Shown: positions 1 through 11,327 of the stretch, in pieces | Numbering within the stretch: the stretch's first letter is position 1 | How the letters are laid out: each line of letters starts with the position of its first letter | Assembly (NCBI RefSeq): GCF_030028105.1 | Contig: NC_092395.1 | Coordinates: 43,862,459-43,926,458, forward strand | Direction of reading: 5' to 3' | Length of the DNA: 64,000 bases | Origin: Mobula birostris | Lineage: Eukaryota | Program-made: the position numbers and the translations under genes | Notes under the pieces: model-generated | Databases searched by the model: none | What the model saw: only the letters and a program-made list of their open reading frames with translations | Told to the model about the DNA's origin: nothing

Positions 1-217
1 AGGTCAGCGGCGGAAGACTCTGAGCGAGTTGCTGGGGAGGGAGGGGAAGAACCAAAGTTGGAACAGGGTTCTGGACATGAATGTAATGGCACTGTGACTA
101 AGAGAGGATGAGCGTTTAGCCTAGGAAGCATTGAACAGAGTGGGAAGGAGAAGGGAAGGAGGGCGAGGGCACAGCTGAGAGAATAGTGGAAAGGGGAGCA
201 GTAGCTAACGTGAAATA

Positions 218-428
218 AATCCTTAACTACTTGTCTCTGGACTCCTGTACATGCATACCATCACCCAATAGGTAGTTGACGAACAATATTTAAACTTATG
301 ACCGAGAGAGTATTGAAAATGACATCAGGAATAATCTGAACCGAATCCCTAACTACTTTGTCTCTGGACTCCTGCAACGGCACGTCATTACCCAATAGAT
401 ACTTGAGAAACATCATTTAAACTTCATC
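218..428. repeat. Diverged tandem duplication, period about 126 bp
   Basis: aatcc(t/c)taactact(t)tgtctctggactcctg...cacccaatag.ta.ttga..aaca..atttaaactt occurs at 218 and again at 344. Confidence 0.85.
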
Positions 429-902
429 CCTTATGGCCGTGTTTACGTCAACCATTTCAGCTAACCAGACTTTCCACTTGGTGTCAGTATTGATGATTTC
501 TGACGAAACCTCATGAGCCCGGAACGTTACGACAATATATCCCTCTCTCTACCAATGCTGCCCCAGAAACTGAATATATCCATCCATACTTATGTTCATT
601 TCCTTTATTAACTTCCGAAATCCAACTGCTTTGCTTGCATTTTACATCGCAGCCAACGGTCAACCCACCACCCTGTTCTCGATTCTTTGCAGTTTCTCCG
701 CAATGGAACTCCCCTTTCTTCTTTGCTGATATTCTGTGTCCGAGGCTGCGGAGAGATTTCCTGAACCTCTTGAAACCAGGATACGAACCAAAGCAGAGAC
801 ACGTGTCTACTCTCTCTTCGCTCCTCCTACCCGGTGTCAGAATAGTAAAAACATGGACGATAAAGAGATGCACACACGGAAATCGTTCCTGCATTGAACA
901 TC

Positions 903-908
903 TTTATT
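903..908 (-). terminator. Polyadenylation signal of cluster 1 C gene
   Basis: AATAAA on minus strand about 320 nt past the C1 stop; flanks are homologous to 24564-24569 in cluster 2. Confidence 0.7.
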
Positions 909-1230
909 GGTAGTTAGTCACCGTTACCGTCTGTCAGATGAATCACAAAACATTTATTAATTATTCTAATTAATCCAACTCCGCTGTCAGAGAAAAGCAT
1001 TCACCGCCTGAAATTTCCAAATGCCAAGTAAATATTCGTGTAGCCTCTCAGTCGGGAAAAGAAGAAAATCAGCCTCAGGTATAAATATTCTAACATCACA
1101 GTGGAAACTACAGAGAGCGGAACAGAAGGGAAGTACAGTACAGTGAAGAGCGATTAAGAGTTGCAGAGGTGAAAGATAGTAAGCGGTGGTCTCCTGTTAA
1201 TCAGGGAACAAACAAGATCGAAGCCGCGCT

Positions 1231-1553
1231 CTAACAGCTGGATTGTGTGACTGTTGCGGATATTGTCGAGGCTGCTCCTTGTTGAACTGAGCAGGAGCAC
1301 CTCTTCCCACTGCTCCAGTCTGCGCCGGGCACCGTCAGGTTGCTGCTGAGACTGAAGGTTTTGTCCGCGTTCTGAGTCACCCCGCTGGTTTGCACATCAC
1401 TGCTCGTTGGACTGTCGTTCACTGTCCAGCTGACGACAGGGAAGCCCATCGACAATTTACTGACTACGCAAACTAAGGTGCCCGCTCCTCTAGCGGAGAT
1501 TACTTCGGCCGACTGCCCAAGCGGTTTCACTGAAGGGTCTGAGAGTTTCTGAG
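1231..1553 (-). CDS. Ig light-chain constant exon C1 (sigma-type cluster), 107 aa, open frame
   Basis: Acceptor tcttcttttgttctcgttccag| then (G)CT CAG AAA... = AQKLSDPSV...GTLVCVVSKL...VVSWTV...FSLSSNL...CSC...QSSC*. C1-set Cys/Trp/Cys and terminal Cys present; phase-1 exon of 323 bp. Confidence 0.95.
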
Positions 1554-2699
1554 CTGGAACGAGAACAAAAGAAGATGAGTTTCAAGTCGGGAAAGAGTAT
1601 TCGTCATTTCCGTTTGACAGAAATGCAACTAAATGGTTTCAGCTTCACTGAGTGGGGCCCGCAAAGCCCATGGAGGACAGTGCATGTTGACGAGCACGGA
1701 AAAACTAGAAATCTACTCCAACCAGTGAGGCTTTTTGGCGCTGAGTGATTCACGGAACTGAGAGACGCACGGCATCAAAGCGCTTTCTACCCCCAGAGTA
1801 GTTTAATGTATTCATTCTCTATGCCATTGGTAATACGTTCCTCTTCTTCACCCACCCGTCTCTAATGGCCTCGCTGCTGTAGATAGAATAAACATCTCAC
1901 CATCTGCTCTGCCCCAGTGGACGGGGGCACCAAAAGCGCGACCCTGAGCTCCATGGATCGGGGCAGGATAGGTCGCTCTGTGATCTGTGAAGATGTCGAG
2001 GGATTCGGCTCCCACTTCTTGTGAGGATAGGGAGGTTGGAATCTACCCAGAATTGGAGCTATGGCCACAGTCGGTGTAGTATTCGGTATCGCTGAACAGT
2101 GGTTCCTGGAAAAAAGCAGCACTCAAGAGAATAGGTGGCAGGAGAGAGGAGGCAAGGATTGGGCTGAGGGAGAGTGTCTTTTAATTGATGGGTGTTGGAG
2201 GAGAGTTCAACCCTTGGGAGGACAGCAAGTCCAATGAAAGGAGGTTTCACTGGAATGTCCTAAACAATCACTTGGATTTTGTTGTTTTACAGTGTTGACA
2301 ACCGTGGGCTGTCTTTAGTCCGCAATATCCTATCCCCACTGACAGCTCAATCCCGACTGTGTTCTTTCACTGGATCCCTTCACGTTTGTTCCTATCAAAC
2401 CAACATAAAAAGCAGACAAACTAACCCTAGGGCGTAAATAACACTAATGAAAAGATAGTGTTAAATCATTGTTTGGCCGAAAACACAATCGAAATGAGAA
2501 ATGCTTTAATAAAAGATGGAAACATTTCACCGAACACAACTCTATCAAGTGGAATTGAACCTGTACAAGGAACACGATAAAATTGTAAATCACTATTTTC
2601 ATTGTAAAATTCACTGAGAAATTATAACATATAACTTATTCATTGCCGGGTGACCATATTAATATCGTGGTTATTGCAGGAGATTTCTCAGACACCTAC

Positions 2700-2731
2700 C
2701 TAAAGAGTTTGGTCCCTGGGCCGAACACCCA
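2700..2731 (-). pseudogene. Unrearranged Ig light-chain J segment (WVFGPGTKLF), frameshifted at its 3' end
   Basis: TGG GTG TTC GGC CCA GGG ACC AAA CTC TTT AG|gtaggt. FGxG motif present; lacks 5 nt relative to the cluster 2 J (CTC TTC GTT GCA G|gtaagt), so the donor is phase 2 rather than phase 1. Confidence 0.9.
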
Positions 2732-2770
2732 CACAGTGTGAGATTCCGAGCTTCAGTCAACACAATTACT
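2732..2770 (+). other. Recombination signal sequence with 23-bp spacer (J-RSS)
   Basis: Heptamer CACAGTG 2732-2738 abuts J; spacer 2739-2761 (23 nt); nonamer ACAATTACT 2762-2770 (consensus ACAAAAACC). Confidence 0.9.
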
Positions 2771-3065
2771 CAGGACCCTGTAATCAGGCACAAAACACGG
2801 TCAGACACTTCAGCGTCAGCATGAAACACATACCAGGTATCCCGGTCTGTGAGGGGCAGGAGGGGGTGAACTCACAGCCACAACGTCAGACTGACATTAA
2901 ACGACATCGAATATCCGACAGTGGGCGGCGGAATTCGGAATCTTTCCAAATATGACGAGAATGTTCAGAATATAAGGTATATATGGTCAAATTAAAATGA
3001 GTTTATGGACGGTGAAAGATTAGAATATTTCAATCCGATACAAAGATGTGAAGTATATCATGTCA

Positions 3066-3760
3066 ACACAAGCATCTATGTCAGGATACTTTACATCGAC
3101 TATAGCTCAGCTTTTAATCCATAATCCTGATTGAGAAGTTGCAGAACCTGGCCTCTGTACATCTCTTTGCAATTGGGTCCTCGACTTCCTAACCGGAAGA
3201 TCACAATCTGTGAAGATTGGTAATAACACATCCTCCTCGCTGACGATCAACACCGGTGCACCGCAGGGGTGTGTGCTTAGCCCACTGCTCTACTCTCTCT
3301 ATACCCATGACAGTGTGGTTAGGCATATCTCAAATGCCATTTATAAATTTGCTGACAATACAACTATTGTTAGTAGAATCTCAGGTGGTGATGAGAGGGC
3401 ATACAGGAGTGAGATATGCCAACTAGTGGAGCGGTGCAGCAGCAACAACCTGGCACTCAACGTCAGTCAGTCGAAAGAGCTGATTGTGGACTTCAGGAAG
3501 GGTAGGACGAATGAGCAGATACCAGTCATTATAGAGGGATCAGAAGTAGAGAGAGTGAGCAGTTTCAAGTTCCTGGGTATCAAGATCTCTGAGGATCTAA
3601 CTTGGTGACAGCACATTAATGTAGTTATAAAGAAGGCAAGATAGCGTCTATACTTTATTATGATCTTGAAGAGATTTGGCATGTCAACAAATACACTCAA
3701 AAACTTCTATACGTGTACCGTGCAGAACATTCTGACAGGCTGCATCACTGTCTGGTATTG
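3066..3760 (+). mobile_element. Rex1/Babar-like LINE reverse transcriptase fragment
   Basis: ORFs with [24 protein letters not shown] and [14 protein letters not shown]; interrupted by stops. Confidence 0.85.
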
Positions 3761-4151
3761 CTCAAAACAAATCGCGAATCAAAAAGTCCTTCATTGCCTG
3801 CCATTTCCCACACTTTGCCTTCATTTACCTAATTCCTTCCTTCGGTCCAGAGGTGCCCCTCACACCTCCAGTTACGTCAGGCCAGGACAGTGCAGGCTTA
3901 CTGTTCCCACACCAGTCACTCGGTCATGGAGTTCAAACACTCTCTGGCAGTTTCAAGGTTTGAATTCCGTCTATTGGTGGGGATTTAGCTCAGTACGAGA
4001 AATATTGACGATGAATGAAAGAATTGAAAACAATTGAACGTGTTCAATATAATGAAATGATTTTCAATATAAATAAAATTTATTTTGATACAGAGGAGAG
4101 GGGGCAGGGTAGAAGGGAAGCGGAGGGGGTGGAAGAGGGAGATCGAGAGAG

Positions 4152-4250
4152 AGAAGAAGAAGAAGAAGAAGAAGAAGAAGAAGAAGAAGAAGAAGAAGAA
4201 GAAGAAGAAGAAGAAGAAGGAGAAGAAGAAGAAGAAACAACAACAACAAC
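4152..4250 (+). repeat. (GAA)n microsatellite followed by short (ACA)n
   Basis: Direct reading; source of the poly-E and poly-L ORFs. Confidence 0.98.
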
Positions 4251-5823
4251 ATCATGTATAGTCCATGACCATCACATGAACATTGAAGGTACAGATACCG
4301 GCAACTCAGACTGTTATTCTTCTGGTAGAACAGTGGAGAGCAGCACCTAGGGGAGAGACCAACTCCTGATCCAGCAGGGAATCCTGCTACACTGCCTCAC
4401 TTGGGCTACAGCAGCAGGTAAGTCCGCTGGAGGCCTGGTCGTTGCTACGCCCGCTGTCACACTGGCGTCTCAATGTCTGTCTTCCTCACCAAGCAAGGGA
4501 GAAAGGGCTGCGGAATGTCACATTATCAATATCCAACATCGTCGGAACCCAGGTGCGGAGGAAAGACAGAGTCCAATGTATAGAAGACAACCAGAATTTA
4601 TTCATAAAATTCCCATAGAACATCGGTGGCTCAGCCGAGCTTCGCCGTGAGACATAACCGTTTTCTAACCTAGGACACTGCGAGTTCCGCTGATGGGGTC
4701 TCCGCAAAAATATGACAAGTAACATGGAATCCCCGAGCCTATCAGAAATAAATTTAATACGTTTAAACATAAAACACTGAGAGACTTCATTGCAAAGAGT
4801 CCGCCGCTCCAAGAAAAAACAAAACGTAAGCACTCTCAACAAATATCTAGTTAAGGCGCTCTTAAAAGCCAAAGAACCCAACGCGCTCCGGCTTGCCGGA
4901 CAAGCCCGAAAAGCGCTCATTATATAAACGCACATAATAGTGATGGTGTTTCAAGTGTCGATTTTCCTTGTGAATTGAGGCAGTCTGATTAAAGCAGGGA
5001 GTATGAGAACAATGGGAATGGACATCCTAAACAATCTGGGACCTCAGGGTGCACCCTGTTCCTGGAAACGACAGGTGCGGAAAGTTTTTTTTTCAGCTGG
5101 AGCAGCATGGTCTTTGTGTTTGCATTGGGGAAACTGGGAGACTACCAGACAGGTGGAAATGCAGGCAGTTGCGTCAGCAGACACTTGAAGAAATTCGGCT
5201 CTCTGACTGTATAATATTCAGAGTAGTGATTGGCGATAGACTTCTCCTCAGGACAGATCAGATCAGGTCAGACAAGTGGGTTTATTGTGCGGGGAGAGGA
5301 ACAGGAAGAGGGATTTTTTTTTTATTTGGGAAGCGGGATATCAAACTGTTCCTCAAAGGTATAAGCCACTTGGCCCATGTGTCAAATTAAACTAATCCAA
5401 TCTGCTTCCCTAAGGTCTATATCCCCGGTATATTCCTTTCTGCTGCAGTTTCATTCCATATCTCAAAGTAGTACAGGTTGGAAAATTAACTGGCGGCTGT
5501 GAACTGCCCCAAGTGTGTGCCAGTGAGTGGGAGAATCTAAGGGAAGTTGAGGAGAATGTGAAATGAATGGAATGCGATCAGAGCAGGTTAGAGCAAATAC
5601 CGGCTCGATGGACTACACAGACATGATGGGTTGAAGGGCCTGTTTCCATGCTGTATGAATGGATAATGTGAATCAAAATACTGCAAATGCAGCCAGAATT
5701 TAAGGAAGTAGTGGGAACGTTAGGCAGCAGGACAAAGATGGCGGGAGTCAAGTGCAGATAAATGTTAGTCTGAAGAATTAGAGCAGGAGGATGGCTGTAG
5801 ATCCATGAGTGATACAGATCTGT

Positions 5824-5825
<2 letters not shown>

Positions 5826-5900
<75 letters not shown>
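5826..5900 (+). repeat. (GT)n microsatellite
   Basis: Direct reading, one GC interruption. Confidence 0.98.
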
Positions 5901-5902
<2 letters not shown>

Positions 5903-6479
5903 GGGGCGGTGGGGGTGGGGGACTGGAGTAGTCAGCTCAGGCTGGACTGAGAGGCCAGAGATGTGACTCGGCATCCTCACAGTAAGTGTCACTGGAGTAG
6001 GAGGGAATGAGAACAAGAGAAAGTAGCAGTGTAATGGCGGGAAAAAATGTGTAAAAAGGAATAAAGAGAGATAAGTGGCTCCAGAGCAGACATAAACCTT
6101 TTTACATAAAGGACATGATAATTATAAAATACACAAACTCTACACAAGATTTATGGAGTGTTCAAATTCAGGAAGATTATTAAACCTGATTGATGATTTG
6201 TGTGGATTGATGATGTTATGATGACTTAGATCCAGTCAGCTTTTGTAGGATCTGAGGTGGCTAATGAGGCTAATGTGAGAACCACAGACTCTTTGGGGGC
6301 TAAGGCAGGAGGAGGTCGACAAGTGAGGAGTGTGAAGTCTGTGAGAATTTCTGCTCTCTCCACTACTGATACAGGACTGCAATGTACTCCTGATCCACGG
6401 TCTTGAGGTTCTTCCTTCTTAAAACCAAAACTTCTTTTTGACTTGCTTGCTCATAGGCTGGAGCGTCCAGTGTGGATGT

Positions 6480-6802
6480 TGCTTTTCTTCAAAGTGCCTT
6501 TGAGCACATATTGAATCTTGTTCTTTCTCCAACTAGAAAACACTTTCCATGGAGGAGCTTGGATTATGATATGTTTCATTAGTATGGACTCAGGTATGTG
6601 AACAATCTGTCCTGCCCAATACTGTCTCCAAAACTGCATGTACCTATGGACTCAGAACTTCTAGGGTTGGTCTAGGGTCTCTAACATTGGTTCACCTGAT
6701 CTTTCAATGAATTTTATGGATTTTGTCGAGAATCTTTTGATGGCAGTTTACTGTGCTTTGAGATGCCCTCCATATGAAAGGTTGAACTCAGATAGACAGT
6801 AT
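6480..6802 (-). pseudogene. Possible heavily decayed V-like exon
   Basis: Acceptor ccctgtcttttcag| resembles that of the cluster 2 V (cctgtcttttacag|); contains GDSIGQDRL, shared with the relics at 11270 and 19880; multiple stops; homologous to 35725-36050. Confidence 0.35.
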
Positions 6803-8917
6803 CTGAAAAGACAGGGATTTTTGTTAGCTGGTGAACTGAGTTATGCGACTGTATTGAAGACTGGGTCTTAATGTGTCTTCTTTATCAGACAATCAAGTAA
6901 GTACTGGTGACTTTCATCAATAATGTCTGCGTTCACTGAGTAGCAGCCCTGCAATGGAGGATGAGTCATACTAGGGTAGGTCTTTCACAGAAAATGGCCG
7001 GGCTTTAGGAGTGTTGCGGAATGGAAGGACGTGGGAGCAAAAGTACATAGTTTCCTGATTGTAGTGTCACAGCTAGAAAGGATTGAGAAGTCATTTGTCA
7101 CACTGTCCTTTACAAATCAGGGCACTGAGTATAGGACTCATGACATTATACTACAGTCGATAAGTCATGGGTGACGCTCTACCTGTTGTACTCTGTAGTG
7201 TTTTGGTCATCCTGTTATGGGAGCAACATCATTAAGCTGGAAAGAGAGCAAAGATAATTTCTGACAATTTTGCTAGGACCTGAACTTTGGAGGAGGTTGA
7301 GTAAGAAAAACCTTTTTCTTGAAATACAGGAGACTGAAGTGTGAACTTGCGAAGCTGTAAAATATGAAGTGGGAGGGGTAGATACGGCAAATACAGACAG
7401 TCCTTTACCAAAGGATAGTGAAATAAAAACTAGAGCTGAGGTTGAACACGAATGGAAAAATCATTAAAAGGGACCTGAGGAGTAATTTCATGCAGAGTAC
7501 AATGTGTAAGTAGACAGAACTGTCAGAAGCTGGTATAAGAACAACAACTTAAAGACACTATGAGAGGTACATGGATAGGAAAGTGTTTAGCATGAATGTG
7601 CCTAATGAAGGGACGTGGACTAACTTACACGGGCATCTTGACAGAAATAGACAGGCTGAGCTGAATGCCTGTTTCCATGCTGTACTGCAGTACATTTCTG
7701 TAACTTTAAGGGAGAAAACAGTAAAGAGGCACTAACCTGGCAAGGCATTTTGTATACATATCCTGTGCGTGGGAAGGATATTGAACAACAATTTTGCAGA
7801 GATTATGCATGGTCCAAGAACAGAGGGAACAGCAGTAATATAACAGGGCACAGACTGGGTGGAGTTGATGAGGGCTGAGAAACCTTCATTTTTAAGAATT
7901 TTTCTGGTCCTTAAGGCAGAGGGGAGAGGTGTGGCACTTCAGTCTGTACAAAGGAAGAATGCCCTCCTGGAGTCTCAGCAAAGCAAAACAAGGCTGAGAA
8001 GCTACTTGAATTAGACTGAGAGGGAGCAAGTCTGGTCATGTCTGGTGATGTATAGATGCACTTAGCATGGATACAGAAATAAATTAGAGAGTAGCGGTGA
8101 CAGGTTACTTATCAGGCTGGAAGAAGTGTGACTGAGTACTGCAGGGATTATGCTAAAGACCACTATTTTGCCCATTTCTAATAATGACTTTCACTTAGGT
8201 TTAGAGGACACAACGTCCAGATTTAAAAGCGGCACAAAATGTAGAGGCACAGTGAAGCTTGAGGACGAGAGCAATAAACATTCAGTAGGCAGTTGCAGGC
8301 TAGTGGAGTGGTGGGACATGTGGCAGAGAGAGTCATGGAAACAGTGAAGCTAGGAACAGAAGTGAGTCATGTGGCCCCTTGGACCTGCTGCTAGTTGAAC
8401 ATGATCATGGCTGATCATCTACTTCAGTATCTGTTCCCACCCTGTCCCCACATCCGTCATTGATTCAGCACTGAGAAATATATCCACTTTCCTCTTGAAT
8501 ATATATATATTTTTAATTACTTGGACTCCACCTCTGATTTTTCCCTCTCCAGTGATTGATGAAATCTTCCTCGGGATGGTTCTGTGCTGTCCTGTTCATA
8601 TCTTAAAGATTGCTGTAAGACCTCTCACGCCTCTATGCTTAGATGAATATTAGCCATACCAACCCATTTTCTCTTCATATAGAAATACTGAATGTAACAA
8701 GGGCACAGAATATATAGTCCATGACTGGAAATGGCGTGGAGACCCATCACTGCATACTGAATGATGTATCTGACTCACTGGGTCTGGGTAGTGAGTGAAA
8801 TTTCTTCGGGGTAGGCAATCTAGGTTCCTGGACAGATACAAGAATTTTCTCTTCTTGCCAATATGGAAGAATACTCAGATTATTTATTTTTATTTTTTTT
8901 TCTGTTCATCAAATGCA

Positions 8918-9030
8918 GTGCAAATCCAACACAGCTAATTGTATTTTTAGTCGACTCTCATTCATCAGCAAGGTGTCATGGACAATGGGTTCAAGTGGCA
9001 CTTCTGCAGCAATAATCTGATCACTCAATC
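8918..9030 (+). pseudogene. Degenerate octamer (GTGCAAAT) plus leader-like exon relic
   Basis: ATG at 8985: MGSSGTSAAII*SL aligns codon for codon with MLSCSNLTAIICSL at 19261, which follows ATGCAAAT. Confidence 0.4.
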
Positions 9031-11074
9031 ACACATTTATTTTCACAGAAACATTTGAGTTTACTTGTCCAGACAAGTCAGTAGGAGTTAGAAGAGCAGA
9101 TGTATAGGAAAACCACATAAATGTATATTAGCAAGGGAATTATATATTATATAGATTTTAAATGCACAATATGGACTGGAATTGCCTCAGCATGAGGGGC
9201 TTAGATGGACGGAAGTCGTAAAGTACAGCCTGGAAAGTCGTTTCTGGCATAAATTGATAATCCTGCTAAGACTTGTCTGTACTCTACCTTATCTTGGGAG
9301 TGAGGCTCAAGAAATGAGGGTAGTGACAGTGAAAAGCATTTTGGTGATAGCGGGGGGATAATTCTGTCAGTTTCAATGCAGCTTTGTGAATTCATAAGTC
9401 TGGTCCAAAAAAGCTGATTGATCTGTTAAAGTAACTGTCAGAAGCTGCCTTGGGTACAAGCAACATTTAGCTAGTGGGTGTGTGTTAAAAGTAGAAAAGT
9501 CAGTGTTCAGGACCAACATGCTCTTATGGAGGTAAATGGAATGGCTGGCTAGATGAAGAAATCATCGGTATCAAGTTACTATATATGAAGGGCTTGATGT
9601 AAAAATGAAAGAAACACGTAGCTGCTATAAGTGACTGAAAATGGACGAGATCCTTTAGAGGGTGCAGGTGAGAACTTAGGTGAGCAAAGATGGGCCATTA
9701 AACCTACTTGGCACACAGATGAACAAGAATCCCAAGTCACTTTACAAGTATATTAGAAGCAAATAAGTAATGAGGGGAAGACTCGGTTCATTGAGGGAAA
9801 AAAGTGTAATCTATGCTTGGGGTCAAGGGATATGAATGTGGTCTCAAATGGTTACATCTCAACTATATTTGGAAAGGGAGAAATACATAGTAAATGGAGA
9901 GTTTGGGGATATGGACAGTGATATTTATAGAGTATCTTTGTGATGAGATCTTTGAGCTTTTGCAGCTCTAGAGCACATGTATTTGTTAATCAGCTGAATG
10001 AGAGTCATTAATTCTGGGTGCTTTCTTTGTAATCCATATCTGGAAATGTATCACTGGTCCTCCACTGAAGTTCAGGAACTTTCTGTCTGACATCACTGTG
10101 GGAGCACCATCCCCAGGGTAGGAGTTGTGTAAGACTAAAGTTCACCATCAATCTCTCAAGGAATGAGCAATCAACACTGGGACTACCAGTGATGCCAAGT
10201 TTCCAGAAATGAATTTTTAATTAGGGTAATCTACTTAGACTAAATTGAACTTTTACTGAGTCACTGTTTAATTCTGTTATAGACATTATGTCATAAGAGC
10301 AAGATTATTCCAGACTGGTTTGTACGTAAAAGCAGAGGGAAGCAGATTTTAAAATCAGACATCTTCTTTCTTCCAACTTGTGAGTTCAAAAGTTGAACCA
10401 CTTCCGGAATTGGAATTTGTTTACTATTGTCACCTATACTGAGATATCATTATACAGTGTATTGAGGTAGTACAAGGTTATACAATAATGGAATGCACAA
10501 TAAAGACTAGCAGTTGCAGGGAAAGTGCAGTGCAGGTGAACAAAACGGTGAAAGATCAGAATTAGGTGGATTGTAAGGTCAAAGATCTATCTTATTGGAC
10601 CAGAGAATCACGCAGTAATCTTATATCAGCAGGCAGAAGGTATCCTTGAGCCTGGTGGTACATGCTTACAAGCTTTTTCTGGTTAGCCTGATGAGAGGGG
10701 GATAAGTGAAAATGTCTAGGGTGGAAAGGTCCTTTGATGATACTGGTTGCTTTACTGAAGTATAGGAAGAGTCCGTGGAGGAGAGGATGGTTTTCTTGAT
10801 GTGCTGAGGTGTGACCACAACTTTCTCAGCACCAATGATATCGACAGGATCCTGTGTACCAACCCCTTCCTGCAGAAATTGACCAGATCTTTTGTTTAAC
10901 TGACATTGGTTGTTGTCATGACACCATGTTACTAAGTTCTTTGTCTTCTTCCGATAGGAATGGTGGCCTACAGCCAATGTTTGACAATACTGTATTGAAG
11001 GTTTTTGATTTTTGGATTGTGAGGAAGGTCTAATTTAATGCAGAGAAGAACCTAATGCTGTATCATGTTGGCAG

Positions 11075-11327
11075 ACAAAGTCAATCAATGTCCCTCAATA
11101 CATGTATCCAGGGGTGATACTTGTACTAAACGGAGGAATAAAGAATGGAGGGAGCTTATCCAGTTGTACTATTGTACGATATGCCTTTGGGATATATCAA
11201 AGAACCCCAGGTGGACACAAATACTTCATTGGTTTATGCAAGTGTGGATGGGGTAAGGAGCCTGGACCATATTGGACAGGATAGACTCAAACTAGATATA
11301 GGTTCCACAGTGCATCTCACAAGCATT
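11075..11327 (+). pseudogene. Decayed Ig V-like exon, inverted relative to the C exons
   Basis: ggcag| then DKVNQCPSIHVSRGDT (FR1-like), YQRTPGG (FR2-like) and DHIGQDRL..GSTVHL (FR3-like; cluster 2 V has SDRF...GTVHQL), in three different frames; ends at a repeat tail. Confidence 0.55.

Noticed and set aside
90-96. CACTGTG heptamer
   Set aside because: No nonamer at 12 or 23 nt and no adjacent V or J.
511-913. Three overlapping ORFs of 64-127 aa
   Set aside because: They lie in the 3' flank of C1, have no recognisable domain and are not conserved as ORFs at C2.
1098-1104. CACAGTG in the C1 3' UTR
   Set aside because: No nonamer; the paralogous C2 site reads caaagtg.
4015-4350. Poly-Glu and poly-Leu ORFs
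   Set aside because: Artefacts of the (GAA)n tract.
4853-4870. Resemblance to a histone 3' stem-loop
   Set aside because: Stem does not match the canonical hairpin and there is no histone ORF.
5765-6016. ORF with ISGLSVQPE, reminiscent of V FR3
   Set aside because: No YYC or other V motifs, and it runs into the (AC)n repeat.
11306-11312. CACAGTG inside the V-like relic
   Set aside because: Falls within FR3-like coding (STVH) and has no nonamer.
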